From Camelus ferus (Eukaryota): a stretch of DNA of 64,000 nucleotides. This document shows positions 49,809 to 63,200 of this stretch, piece after piece. Where the stretch lies: the NCBI RefSeq assembly GCF_009834535.1, contig NC_045696.1, positions 22,570,001 to 22,634,000 of the forward strand, written 5' to 3'. The notes under the pieces are model-generated. The model was not told the origin of the DNA. It did not search any database and worked only from the letters and a program-made list of their open reading frames with translations. Each line of letters starts with the position of its first letter. Positions within the stretch are counted from its first letter, which is position 1. The position numbers were made by a program, and so were the translations under genes.

Positions 49809-50576
49809 AAACTGTTAAGGATATGTGAGATTGCTATTTATTTGTCACTGGAAATAAACTATGTGATTTTTAATTGCTTATCATACATCTGTTGATTTTT
49901 TAGATGCCCAGAGAAAAGCACACGCAGCTTGTCCACCAACCACTAATGTTTTCAGCAGCCTTTCCAGTGGTGGGATGAGTTGGTAACAAATTGATTGAGT
50001 CCAGTATTTATGAAAGAATATGACCCCGTATGTCAAAGAACATATCTAGAAAATGCAGAGGAACTGTTATTGGTTCCCTGGTTAGGTGGTTTTATCTCTT
50101 TTTAACATGATTATTACATACTTTTAGAGTCTATTCCTAAGTCTTCAGCAGGTCTGGATTCCTAGACCACATTCAAATCAGTGCAGTTTCTCTGCTACTT
50201 TCTCAATAGGGGAGGCAGCTTCTGTTTTTACTCTGTGAACATTCTGTTATTAGTACTCCTAACCCTTGAGTCATACTGAGTTACTTCTCTAGCCTTGAGG
50301 TTTGTGCCTTCCACATTCTGTAGACCATCACACGGTTTTCCCAAATTCCTTTTTTTCCTCAGCAAATTTCTCCCGGGTAATCTATGCTTCATTTATATTT
50401 CCACATGAATAAAGCAGTCTAACTCATTCATCATTTTTGATTGCTATCCTCTGGAACATTTCCTGTATTTGAACTGTTCTGGAGAAACCTCAGTACTTTT
50501 CTTTCCTGAAAAGAAGTGCAGTCTCCATTTGATGAACAGGTTGTGATCTGAAAGGGTGGGAATCATATTACATTAC

Positions 50577-50684
50577 AGCTGGAGTTCCAGTCCCGAGGCC
50601 AGCCCACGAATCACACCGTACACTGAAGTGGAGTGCTGTGTCCAGAATGCTGTGAGACTTAACACTGCATGCTGAAATGCTTCT
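50577..50684 (-). other. Candidate internal exon (108 nt)
   Basis: Acceptor gtggtttttcag| and donor |GTAATG. Locally retains CpGs in unique sequence. Confidence 0.25.
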
Positions 50685-51315
50685 CTGAAAAACCACACAT
50701 GTTCAGTTTGCATTGGCAACAGTGTAATGGAGTGACAGAAGTCTCCCCAGCACTCACATCTCTTAGCAAGTGGATGGTGCTGCATCCTCCTACACCAGTG
50801 GTGGCGGGTACCACCAGGGCCAGTTTAGGGATTTAAACAGCTGAAGTGTTGGAGATAAAACTCACTCTTTGGTGCTGGATCCTGTCCTTAAATTGCTCCC
50901 CCACTCTTTATATTTTCCTCTCTCTCTCTCTCTCTTTTTTTTTTTTTTTTTTTGGTTTGTCTGCTTCACGGCACCATCTATGGCTTAACAAAGTTTTTGT
51001 TCAACATAGTTCAATTAAAAAAAAACAAAACTAGAGTTAGTTTTTTTCTTTATTCTCCATTTCTAAAAGTAACCGCAGTTCTCTCCCTATCCTTATTTAT
51101 TGGACATTTTTAGAAATGAGGCAACAGCAGTCTTTTTTATGTCACCCTTCTCCTTTCACTGACTGATTTCAGAGGTGCACATGGATGGTGGAAGATAATC
51201 TCTGTACAGAAAAGGGCTTAAAGAATATTAATCCACATTTTCCGTGGAAAAACCATACCTGGGCCACACTGGAGCTTCAACAAAAGCCCCAGTTCTGGGA
51301 GGAAGAGAAGCTCTT

Positions 51316-51330
51316 TTTTTCTTTAAGGTG

Positions 51331-51397
<67 letters not shown>

Positions 51398-51487
51398 TTT
51401 AAATGGAGGTACTGGGGATTGAACCCAGGGCCTCATGCATGCTAACTAAACACAGGCTCTACCACTGAGCTATACCCAGCCTCCCGC
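51316..51487 (-). mobile_element. Vic-1-type SINE with (CA)n tail
   Basis: Reverse complement includes gggtatagctcagtggtagagc...ccctgggttcaatccccagtacctccattt. TSD AGAAGCTCTT at 51306-51315 and 51490-51499. Confidence 0.88.
51334..51392. repeat. (GT)n microsatellite, ~29 units
   Basis: Uninterrupted GT run inside the SINE tail. Confidence 0.97.
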
Positions 51488-53029
51488 ATAGAAGCTCTTG
51501 TTACGGAAGCCAGAATACGAGTGTCAACGGGCAGGACCAGGTCTAGGAGAGGAGCAGGGTAGAGGTGGGGCGGATACTGTGATTCTAGCATTTCCTCTTT
51601 CTTCAGATTTTTCTCTTCTCACCTTGGCTAAGGGGAATGATGAGAAATAGAGAGAAGATGGATCAGTAGCACAAAGTCTTAGCTTGAAGTCAAGGGGAAA
51701 AGGGAAGACAGAGGTATTTTCAAGGTATTTCCTCTGTTTTGGATGTGTATTTTATCTCATTATCGCAGATTTGTTTTCTTGGAAGAGCTTTGAATACCCT
51801 TTAAATTATCAACAACTTCCCTTTCTGTTAAAAGATGCCTTAACTATAATCTGCCACTCAGTTATGGAATCATAACTGCTGTGTGCTTACAGAATTCAAA
51901 TTTAAATTCATGGATATAATGTCCATTGACTTGCTATTATATAGTAGGTGCCATTTCAGAGTCTGTAAGTGGGCCAAGGTGTTTACTCTAGGGTCCTTGG
52001 AGTTAGTTCACGAGCTTGTAATTCATATTAGAAAGCATGTTTTTTGGAACATTCAGTTGAGGTGACAGAAAAAAAAAGTGTCCCTGAGATCACTTGTGTT
52101 ACATGTGGATAAACAAAGTTAAACAAGTTTATTTCCTGAAGAATTTCACTGGTTCCTCAACATGATACACATATTGTAACTCTCCAAAAGGCAGATGAAC
52201 TGTTCATCATTCAACATTATTATTAGCCAGAGAATTTTTTTTTTAAACACTACTTCCAAGAACTAGAACTTTTGGAATACAATATGTGAAATGCCGAAGT
52301 ACATTTTATTTTAGTATCATTTTTCTACATGTTTTAAGGCTTGGCCTCCTCTAAGGCATAAATCTAAGAGTTCAAGGGGAAAAAAAATCTTTCTTTTTTT
52401 GGTATTCGTCATGCTGCAATTTTATCAGCATTACTTATTTGAAAACGACTGAAGAATTTATTTGGAAAAAGGAGTTCTGTAACAAAACAAAATACGATAG
52501 CTACTCATCTAGGCCAAGTGCCTCATTTTTGTAAGTTAGAAAACTTAGGTCCAGACATTCCTTGAAGTGATTTATTATAGATCTTATAACAAGCAAAGCA
52601 TCAGAACCCCAGCCCAGGGTTCTTTTGTATTCCCCAAACTACAGTGAACATGTCCAGTAAAGCTCAGCTATAATAAAAATGGACTATAACACAGATCCCA
52701 CTAAGTGACAGTAAAACGTAGAACTTCTTAACCTGTTACTCAAAAGTTTTTGCTTATTTATTTCATGCTTATAATTCTTTCTTAAGTGAACTAAAGATGT
52801 TACACCAAGCTTTCATTCTTTTACAAATTGGACTTCATTAGACTAATACATATTTATGTTACAATATTTTATTAAATTCTGTAATATTTTTCTTTTCTTT
52901 TTCAATTACAGTGATTGTTCTAATGTCTGTTAAGTATCATTTTTGCTATATCTTCCTATTGTTCTCTATTTATTTATGGCTCCGTTTTCTTATTTTGGGT
53001 TTAAAATTCTCATCTGTCAGTCATTGTGA

Positions 53030-53190
53030 TGAAGAAGCATGATTATGGGCTTGGGAGTGGATCACAGATGTGCTTAAATTCCATCTCCACCATTTGCTAG
53101 TTGTGTGAGCTTGGGCACATCACAGGATTTGTCAGCCTAAATTTCCTCAAAAGATATATGGTGTGATATCTGCTTCATGGGTTACCAAGA
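53030..53190 (+). mobile_element. MIR SINE
   Basis: gggcttgggagtgg...aaattccatctccaccatttgctagttgtgtgagcttgggca...cctaaatttcctca. Confidence 0.7.
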
Positions 53191-53272
53191 AGTTCACAGA
53201 TCCATTCTGTTCAGACCTTGGGCAAAGTCTCAAACCCTGGTTCATTCTTTATGCTTCTGGACCTGGAGCTAA

Positions 53273-53396
53273 TTTCCTTCCTTCCCTCTTTTCTTTCCTT
53301 CCTTCCCTTCCTCCATCCCCTCTTCCTCCTTCCCTCCTTTCTTCCCCCAGCTCTCCCTCCCTCCATTATTCCCTTACTTCTTCCCTTTCTTTCTTA
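53273..53396. repeat. CT-rich low-complexity (CCTT)n tract
   Basis: Directly visible ttccttccttccc... pyrimidine run. Confidence 0.85.
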
Positions 53397-55049
53397 CTGT
53401 AGCAAACAAAATCTAAAGTATGTATTGGTGGTGTCATTGGGTTGCCTTTGGGATTGTCATTACCCAACCACAACTGCATTAGACACAGGTTCTCCAATGA
53501 TCAATCTACTTTATGGCCGAAAGGATAAGGACATTTTTTTTGTTTTGTTTTGTTATAAAGCCAATCATTTTATAAAAGTAGATGAGAAACCACAAATAAA
53601 ATGACCATGGGAACATTAGAAAGATACAGAAATATTACTTTTTTAGTAGTTCTTGTTCCTCTTCTGGAAATCCCAACTTCTTTTCTTTCCTGCTACCTTG
53701 AAGTCTGTATTAGACTTCTGTTCTCAGCTTTTACTTCTAAAGGTAGGGTTCATCAGATTGTACCCCTCTTCTCCTTAGTTCTACTCCAGGAATAAAGTAG
53801 ACATTTTGTTCCATCATATTAGAAGCATGCAGGTCACTTCTTGCTTCTAATGGGGAGCTGGCCATTCTTGAGAATTTCCATATAGTGTATCTCCCATCTT
53901 ACTAGACCCTCCAAAGCATCCTCACCCTTCATCATCATGAGGATTGCACATGACAGCATATGAAGCTTTGTCAGGCTCACAGTATTACATCAGGAAATGT
54001 TAGTTTTCCCTTTCTCTTTTCTCCTTCAAAGAATTATTCGGTGGAAGATAGGGGAGCAGAAGATGTCACCAATTCCACATAAAGAGAATGATTAGTGACT
54101 AATTTATATCATAGTTTCATTAAGCTTTCTTACCTTTTTCCAGTGTACTTCTGACTGCTCTGACTTAGGTTTTGGCTACCTCTGTTCTTGAGAAGCTCAG
54201 TACCAGCACCTCCCCCTTATTTACATTTTTTAATTCATGTTTTCATTCTTAATAATTTTTTCCTGCTTGAGTTTGTCATTTGACTATGCCTTTTACTCTC
54301 CTTTCTATACATTCTTCCAAGATGTCACTTTGCCTAAAATATCAGTTTTGTGGTCTGCCAATTCATTATCCTTGTATATGTATGGGTTCACCATGACTTT
54401 CTATCCTCTTCTCATTACAATCTCTCTTGAGTTTTATAAGCCAGAGACAATTGGATCACACCAACCCATGTGAACATCAAGGGTTGCTCTATCATTGCTC
54501 CATCACAGATTCTTCATAATTGGCCTGGGATGCTATATGCCAAACTGGTTGAGTGGTAGAGCCCTAACTAGAGTAGTTATACCCACATCTTTCATTAACA
54601 AAAGGCTAATAAGCAGCATTGTTATATTCAAATTCTGCTACATATAAATGACAGAGCTTGTGTTTGGACACTTGTCTGTGTTTTGCTTTCAGGAAGTATC
54701 CAGATACCCACATTTCTGCTCATTTATGAAGACCATCTCCCTTTTAAAAATTTTCTATGGTAAATTTTTGCCTCAGCTATTACAAAAGTTAAAATCAAAG
54801 CCCAAATACTCAAGCCAATAGTCATGCAAGTATATCATTGGCTGTACAGTTAGATTTTAGAATACGTACATCACTCATGAAACAGAGTTTAGTATTTCCC
54901 AAATGGTGCTGTTTCCATTTTTTTTGTTATTGTGTTAAATCATCTAAATGAAATTGTTAAAGTTGAACACCTTAGTGAAATTAAGCATAGGATGACCATA
55001 ACATTGCTAAAGCATTTTGTCACTTTATTTCTAAAATTTCTGCACTCAC

Positions 55050-55250
55050 CTAGCAGCAGAGGTCACCGGCATTACAAACTTCTCTTTTGTTCCCTGTGAG
55101 TTGTTGCTGCTGTCAGAATGCCATCCTTTTTAAGAGTCACATGCAGCTGAGGAAACCGGAAAATAACCTGCAGCTTCTTCCGCAGTTACTACACGTTGAA
55201 GTGGAAATCAGTTCTTTGTGTCAAATTTTCCAGTGTGAGGAAGGGAAAAA
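55050..55250 (-). promoter_or_regulatory. Candidate promoter / first exon with consensus donor
   Basis: TAG|GTGAGT donor at 55050/55049. Clustered ETS-like (GAGGAAACCGGAAA) and E-box (CACATG, CAGCTG) motifs, with several retained CpGs. Confidence 0.3.
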
Positions 55251-58200
55251 AATCTATCTCTTGGTCAAAATAATTAATAAAATCACTAAGGATCCTATAT
55301 AGATTTAGTCTTAACTAGACATTCATTTTGTTCTATTCAGTGAGATTCAGAGAGAAAGTAACAGAAAATGTTGAGGACCAATTTACATAGACTCTCAGAG
55401 GTCCCCTCAGGGGAAGGAAGGTTGCACTTTACATTAGGAATAGAAATCTGGTTATCATTTTATGTATTCTTAGAGACTTAAAGATGTAGAGTAGGGCTAC
55501 TATGAGAGCTGTGACAATTTACAATTTGGATAGTAACCAAGATTTAAAAAATACATATATCTGTGAAGTATCTGGGATTCTTCCAGGTTCAGAAAGTGAC
55601 CTAAGGACTAGTGGTAGAAGAGAGTAATAAAAAATTCAGTGGCGTCTCCAGCATTCTGGCATTTCTGTTACTTCAGTATGCTCAATTACTCTGTATTCGA
55701 ACACCTATTATTTTTCATTTCTTCCATTATCATTGGAACTTTGTCCTATAGATAAAGGCACTATAATCACATACTATATGTATATAAGATTTGACCTAGC
55801 TATCCTAGGTCAAATTTTTTAAATGATTGTTTTTTAAATGATTTTAAATGATTATTTTTTAAGTGATTTTACTTTGAGAATAAAAATACTTGGGTATCTT
55901 AGCTGAGCATGGTAACTGATCTTTACATAATCTAGATATAAAAGGCTTAGGACTGCGATTTAATTTCACAAAACTGTTTTACTAACCTCTATGGTATCTT
56001 TAATGTAATAATTCACACCTATCCAGAGCATAGAATATTTTCTACTTCTTGGAGTCAAGAATATCCAAATTTACTACACACTTAGAAAAATGTGTCTTCC
56101 TTCTATTAATTCTCTTTCTTTTATTAACCCTACTCCCCTCAGATATCAGAGTGACATCTAAGTCCAGTATTTTAAGAACTGGCTTTTACTCTGTCCACAT
56201 TCTTCAAGTTTTTTTTTTTTAAATTTTAGGTATATTTTCCAAATATACTAATATTTTCAGATAAATATATCTAAATTTTCATCCTTAAATAAAAATAAGC
56301 TCATCATTTATTCAAAGGCATGTGAATGCCTTTCTGTGAGCACACCTAACTTGGTTCCTTTTTCCCCTAAGGTATAAATCTGGAACTTCCAAAGGTCAAG
56401 AACATATGTTGGTACAGAAGCAAAACAACTTAAAAATATCCCCCCAAACCTTTCCTTATTAGGCTGCCATTTTCTAGGAACAGTTTGTATGATTCATGTA
56501 TAATTAGTGATTTTTTTAAATAAATTGACCATCTTTCTTTCTTCTTCTACTACTTTTCTGCCCTTTCATTGAGCTTATAAGTTTTTTTGCAACTTGTCGT
56601 TTTTGTTTTGTATAAGAAAGTTTAATGTTAAGTGAAAATTGGAAATTTTCCCAGCGTCTCCCCTCTTCCTCAATACCTAAAACTACATTCTCTAAAACCT
56701 TATCATCACCGATATCTAGGGGTAAAATCTGCTTCTATAATGATTGTTCTCTTTCTCTTAGGGCTATTTATGAGACAGATATGAATACAATTTTACAAAA
56801 CATGTAATAGAAAATGTAAAAGTGTGACACTAATGACAAACGTCCCATGAACCTATTTTTAGCCTATGAATTTTAAAGTTAAGATGTACCCTCCAAAATG
56901 CTTAATCATGGGAACTCTAGTCACAAAGACTGGCAAAATGAAATTTTTTCACGGATCACTTCTTGGTGGTGCTATCCAAACTAAACACGTAAACCTTCTG
57001 ACGTTTACTTTTTTTTTTTTAAGATGGTTGATTTGGAGTTTTGACAGTTGGTGTGAAAATTTCCAATCTACGTGTGAATACTTGATAGATAATGACTATA
57101 TATACTACAAGAGCACATAAAGTATGATTCCATCTAAATCTGTCAACTTAGACCGTAATTAGTATAATTCTACATTGTCTTAGTTGCATTACATCATTTG
57201 GTTTCAAAGCAAACAAATATTTCATCAGAAGAAACTCTGTAAATGTTGAGTCAGCAGAGCCTAAAGCAATTTCCTGTGCCTTAACATCAAGGAAATCTTG
57301 TAGAGACAAGTATTTTAGAAACTTCTGAAATAAAGCTAAAATAATAAGGAGAAATGTCACATTGTTTCATGCAATTGAAATAAGTCAAGAACCCTTGCTG
57401 TAAACACTTTAGCAAAAAAGAAACATCATGGTAAGACGTGTGTATTTCAGTGAATACCTTAAGTACGCTAGATACATTTGGAGCTTACAACATGTAGCAT
57501 CAAAGAAGAGGTTAGAAACTACAGACTTTGACTTTTTGGATTAGTTTACAATGCTTTTCATTTTCAAAAAAGAAACAGACAGTCTGTTTCCAGGGAATTC
57601 CTGCCTCTCTTGGATGGTGTTTGGTGTGGATCCTCAAATATGTCATCACTATCCATTGGTAAAGAAGTATGTCTTTTAAAGCAAAGGGCAAACTCCTGCA
57701 GCCAGATAATCATAGATTTTTTTTTTTTTTTTTTAATATACTGATTTTGGAGTGGTACAAGGATGGCCACTTTATCCTTTGGGAATGGCTGTCTTTCGGA
57801 TTCTCTCACATTCTGGGCTTTTGAAGGGTGAGCTTTTAGCTCAGAAGTTGTTGAAAAACAGCCTTTTTCATCTCCAAATGAAAATGCAATCTTTTTTATT
57901 TTTTTGAGGAGCAGAGTGTAATTAGCCAAGTTGGAATTGGGCCAACTAAGAAGTGTCAACAGGCTAGATGTGCCCCCAATTTTTGGAGCATCCCAAAGAT
58001 GGGCTCATCCTTGACTGTCCGGAAGAAAAGGTAAAGCATCTACAGAAATCTAAAAGGGTGCCTGAGAGACATGAAAAGAAAGAAACATTTTAATTTTCTC
58101 ACAAAGTAAAGATAACTGAGGCTAGCCACTGCCTCCCCAGTCTAAAAACTCATGTGACTAATTTTTCTAAGCAGGCACTGGAATGTTCCTGCTGGGAACA

Positions 58201-59189
58201 GGACAGATAATATATGTAGCTGGCACTCTCACCCAAGGGGAACTCTTGTTTCACTTGGGGAATGGAGGCCAGCTCCCTGCAACTTAAAGAAAAGCTAATT
58301 TAGGACACATCTGAAAGCAACCGAAATGAGAAAGGAAAAGAAATCTCAAGTTACTGTGCAGTGTGCCAGCTGACCAAATGTAAAACAAAACAAAACAAAA
58401 CCAGATAATCTCCTCCTCCCCAGCTAAAGATGAAGGGGGAGAAGGGGCGGAGGGGGAGGGGAGGGGATGGAGAATATTTCTCTTTGTGCTTTCTCTGTAT
58501 TTGCTTTGGCTTTTTTTTTTTTTAAGATGCTTTCCGAAGTTTAAATTTGAAATTCGATGACTCCCAGGAGTAGACATGTTCTTTTCTCAGGTGTCATTTT
58601 TATATATTTTTGTCAAGCCCTTTAATAAGAAATCAAGAAGAACCATCATTTAAGTAAAAAAAAAAACAAAAACAAAAAAACAAAACATGGTTGACTCCAG
58701 GATAAAAGGTAGTAGAAATACAATAAATTCACCTAAAAAGGGGAGATTTCTTTGGTTAGTAGAAATAAGTCTGAGAACAGTACCTTTTAAAATATGACAT
58801 CTGGAACTCACTAGAATTTACTACTTAATGGAAAAAAAAAAAACCCTCCAGATTTAAAGAAACAAACAAACAAAAACTTTCTACCCAGAAGTTTTATTTA
58901 CCAAATTTATTTATTTTTATATATATATAGAGAGAGAAAGCAAGTGAAATTTAACTTTGTTTGCTATTTCATTTTAGGTAAAAAGATAAAAAGTTTTGAG
59001 ATAAAGAAGTGTTTATATGCTTTTGTAACTTAAAAGTGATTTTGATTTTAACATCAAACTCTTTCAGATTTTGGCTCATCATGAGAGCAAATGTCTTGGG
59101 GCATTTAGTCTTTAACTGAACTTCTTGAATGTGAAGCTTGCAAGAGACCATCACAGTGTCCCTTGCAAGGACATTTCATAGCGCATACA

Positions 59190-59410
59190 TGCAGTGTGGG
59201 CTGGTGGAGGGAACATTAGGCTCCAAGTTGAAACAGCTAGATTTGAATCCCCAGCTGAGTGAGGCTGGACAAATTACATAACTGTTTGGAAAATGGAGAT
59301 AATAACATTTGGCTACTTATCTCATCCATTTATGGCCAGGATTAAATGAAATAATGAATGTGAAAGCACAGGAAAATCTATAAAAAGTTGTATAAATTAA
59401 GGTAATATTT
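59190..59410 (+). mobile_element. MIR SINE
   Basis: atttgaatccccagct...ggacaaattacataac...aaaatggagataataac...ggattaaatgaaataatgaatgtgaaagcac. Confidence 0.75.
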
Positions 59411-60019
59411 TCCTTGGTGTGTGGTCTTTTCTCAATGCACTTGCTTTCTATTATACATTTCTTTTAAAATCTTTGTTCCTATTTCATTTCTCTGAGTTGT
59501 ACTTATTTTACTGAAAGTTTCTTTAAAGAGGATTAAATGGATAGTCATTTACAGGGTTGAGTTTTTTTGTCTTCATCTATTTCTGTCAATAATTTCTGGA
59601 GTTAATTTTAGAGATTTTGACTTGTGAGATGACTAACTCTCTGAAAATACCCTTTGTCCCATTTTACCACAATGCACAGGAATCCTGGATAGGAATGGAG
59701 GTGAGGGAGCCCAATGTGACTTTAAAGCTATTACCAACACTTTGTGTTCCTGATGAGAATATGAGCATTTATGGCTAAGTATGGAACGATTATAAAAGTG
59801 GGAAAGATATTAGAGGAAAATACACTTATGAAAAATGGTAGCAGCCCTGGGAAAAAATAGACAATGACATGGGACTGTGGAATCAGAATCAAAGAATGTT
59901 TTAGAATTATCTAGTAATACCCAGTACATGATAAATGGAAACTTTGAAATAACATCTCTAATGAGAGGTATTTATATTGATTTTCACTTTTCATTTGAGC
60001 CAAAGCTGTCGTCTCTTGA

Positions 60020-60185
60020 ACAGCGTTTCCCAAACTTTAATGGGCATTTAAGTTACTTAGAGATCTTTCCAAAATATATATTTTGATCAAAAGCTCTGGG
60101 GTGGTGGCTGAACTAGTGAAAGGATCCAGTATTTCTGACAAACTCTCAGTCAATGCTGACTGCTGCTTCTCAGACTGTCTGGGTA
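60020..60185. mobile_element. MER5-like hAT fragment
   Basis: cagcgtttcccaaactttaatgggcat...atccagtatttctgacaaactctc...aatgctga. Confidence 0.5.
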
Positions 60186-60299
60186 GCTACGCTGAATGTC
60201 ACTATAATTATTTTTCCCTTGCAAGTAACACTTCAGGAATGATATCTGTGTTGGAGAAATTGTGGCTATGGAAATATTATTCAAGAAAAGTTTCCATTT

Positions 60300-63200
60300 T
60301 TGTATAGCTTTGAGATGAAATTGATGTACAACAATGTCATTTTAAAGTCTAAAATTGAATGAGTTTTGACATATGTATACAACCATGGAACCGTTACAGC
60401 AGTCCAGGTAATGAACATTTCTGTCACCCTCAAAAGTTCTTTACTCTCCCTTTCTAATCTTTCCCTTACTCCCCTCCCCCCTGCCATGTACCCACTAATC
60501 TGATTTCTGCCATTTTATGTTATTTTCCATTTTCTAGAATTTTATATAAAATATCACACAATATGATATGTCCTCTTTTATTATCTAGCTTCTTTCACTC
60601 AGCATAAGTATGAGATCCATCCATTTGCTCATTTTTGAAAATTGGGTTTTCTATTTCATAATTGAGTTGCATGTACTCTTTTTTACTTGAATAAAGGATT
60701 CTTTACATTCTGTAATGCTTTACTATTTTCAAAATGTACTCGTTTTCTTGCTGGCTAGTATTCCATTCAATGTACGTGCCACTATGTGTCTATCCATTCA
60801 ACTGCTGATAGACCTTGCATCATTTTCAGTTTTGGGGCTACAACATATAAAACTATTATGAACATGCAGGAACATATCTTTGTCGGGACATATTATTTTA
60901 CCCCCAAGGGGAGAGTGACTCAGTCATATAGCTGGTGTATATTTAGCTTTTTAAGAAATTATCAAACTATTGAAAGTGATGGTACCATTTTACATTCCTA
61001 CCAGCAATGCTTGAGGATTCCATTTGCTCCCTTCCCTCACTCAGCTGGTGTGAACAGTCTCTAATTCTAGCCATTCTAGTGGTCACATAGTGACAACTCA
61101 CTGTGATTTTTAACCTGCATGTCTCTAATAACTAATGACACTGAGAGGCTTTTCGTGTCTATTGGTCATTCGTATATCTTCATTTGTAAAGTGTCTGTTC
61201 AAATCTTTTGCTCATTTTTGAAAATTGGATTGTTGGTCTTATTATTATGCCACAGCAAGTTCTTTACATATTCTGGATCAAGGGTTGACAAACTTCTTTA
61301 AAGGGCCAGAGAGTGAATATTTTAGGCTTTATAGGCTATGTGATTTTTGTTGCAGCTATTCAACTTGGCCTTGTATCATGAAAACAGCCACCTATAAGAC
61401 ATAGCTGGATAAACATGGCTGGATATTAATAAAACTTTATTTACAGGAACAGATCGCAGGTCAGACTTAGCCTGTGGGCTTTATTACGCTGATACCTGTT
61501 CTAGGTGGAAGTTCTTTGTCAAACACATGTTTTGCAAAGATACTTTCCTTGTTAATGGTTTACCCTTTCATTTTCTTAATAGTGTCTTTTAAAGGACAAA
61601 TGTTTTATATTTTCTGAAATTAGATTAAGAATTTTTCATCTACGTTCATAAGGGCCATTGATTTGTATGTATTTTTCTTTTCCTTCCTTCCTTCCTTTCT
61701 TCCTATCTCGCTTTTCCTTCTATCTTTTCTTTTTTGTAATTTTTTTTCATGTTTTGGTATCAGAGTAACAATGGCCTCGGAATAAGCTAAAATATGAATT
61801 AGTGTTTTTTTTCCTAAAATATTTCATAGAATTCACCAATAGTCTTTCATATGCCTAGAATTTACTTTTGTGGAAAGTTGTTAAGTACAAATTCAATGTT
61901 TGATGTAGATATAGGGCTATTCAGGTTGTCTATTTCTTCTTAAATGAGCTTCAGTAGTTTTTAAAGAAATGTTTTTATTTCATTTAAGTTGTTAAAATAA
62001 TTGCAATGCAATTCTTCATAATATTCCTTTATTGTTATTTTAATGTCTGTAGCATCAGTAGTGAGTTTCCTGCCTTCACTTATGATATAGACAATATGTA
62101 TTTTCTTTCCTTTCTCCTGGCTAGAAGTTTATCAGTTTTATTGATCATCTCAAATGACTTACTTTTGTTCTCATCGATTTTCTCTCTTTATTTCTCTTTC
62201 CCTCTGTCTCTCTTTCTCTGTCTGTGTATCTCTGTCTCTGTTTCTCTCTCTGCCTCTATTTATATATAGTCGTTATTCTTCTATTGATTTATGCTCTTTT
62301 CTTTATTATTTTATTTCTTTTGCTTACTTTGAATATTATTCACTCTTCTAATGTCTTATTTTGGAAGCTTAGTATATTGATTTCAGAGTTTTCTGTGTCT
62401 CTTACATAAGCATTTAAAGCTATAATTATCTTCCTATGAACTGTTTTACTTGCTTCCCATAGATTTTGACATATTGTGTTTTCATTTCTATCTAGTTCAT
62501 ATATTTTCTAATTTCCTTTGTGATTTCTTCTTTGACACATCAGTTATTTACAAGCATGTTGTTTTGTTTTAAAGTTATTTATGGATTTTCCATATATTTT
62601 TCTGTTATTGATTTCTAGTTTAATTGAACTGTGGTCAGACAACATACTTTTTCATGTTTTGAAAACTTTTGTATTCATTGAGACTTGTTTTATGGCCCAA
62701 AATATTTTCTATTTTGGTAAATATTCCAAAAGAATGAATATTTTGCTGTATTTTTTCATCTTTAAAATTTCATTTTGATTTTTAAAATATAAAAAAATCA
62801 TGTCTCTCCTTATTGTGTCCACTTTCCTGGACATATGGAGCATATTTATAGTGCCTGTTCTAACAGTCTTGTCTACTGACTCTTTCATGTATGTCATTTC
62901 TGCATCTGTTCCTACTGATTGATTTTTCTTCCGCTTTGTACTCCTCGTGTTTTTTGTTTTTAACTGGATGTCACATTGTGAATTTTATATGTGGTGTGCT
63001 AGAGTATTTGCATTTCTTTTAATATTTTTTGGACTTTATTCTGGGAAGCAGTAAGTTACTTAGAAGCATGTTGTTCCTTTCTAGGTGTGGCTTAAAGCAA
63101 TACGCTTCTAAGGACTCTGCCCAATGCCCCACGAGTTAAGAAACTCTCCACTCTGCATGTACCAGTGATGCTCTTGCTCATGAGGAAGGCTCTAGGGGAA

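Noticed and set aside
57564..57959. 131-aa minus-strand ORF
   Set aside because: Non-ATG start, passes through a homopolymer (poly-K), and has no recognisable homology or splice context.
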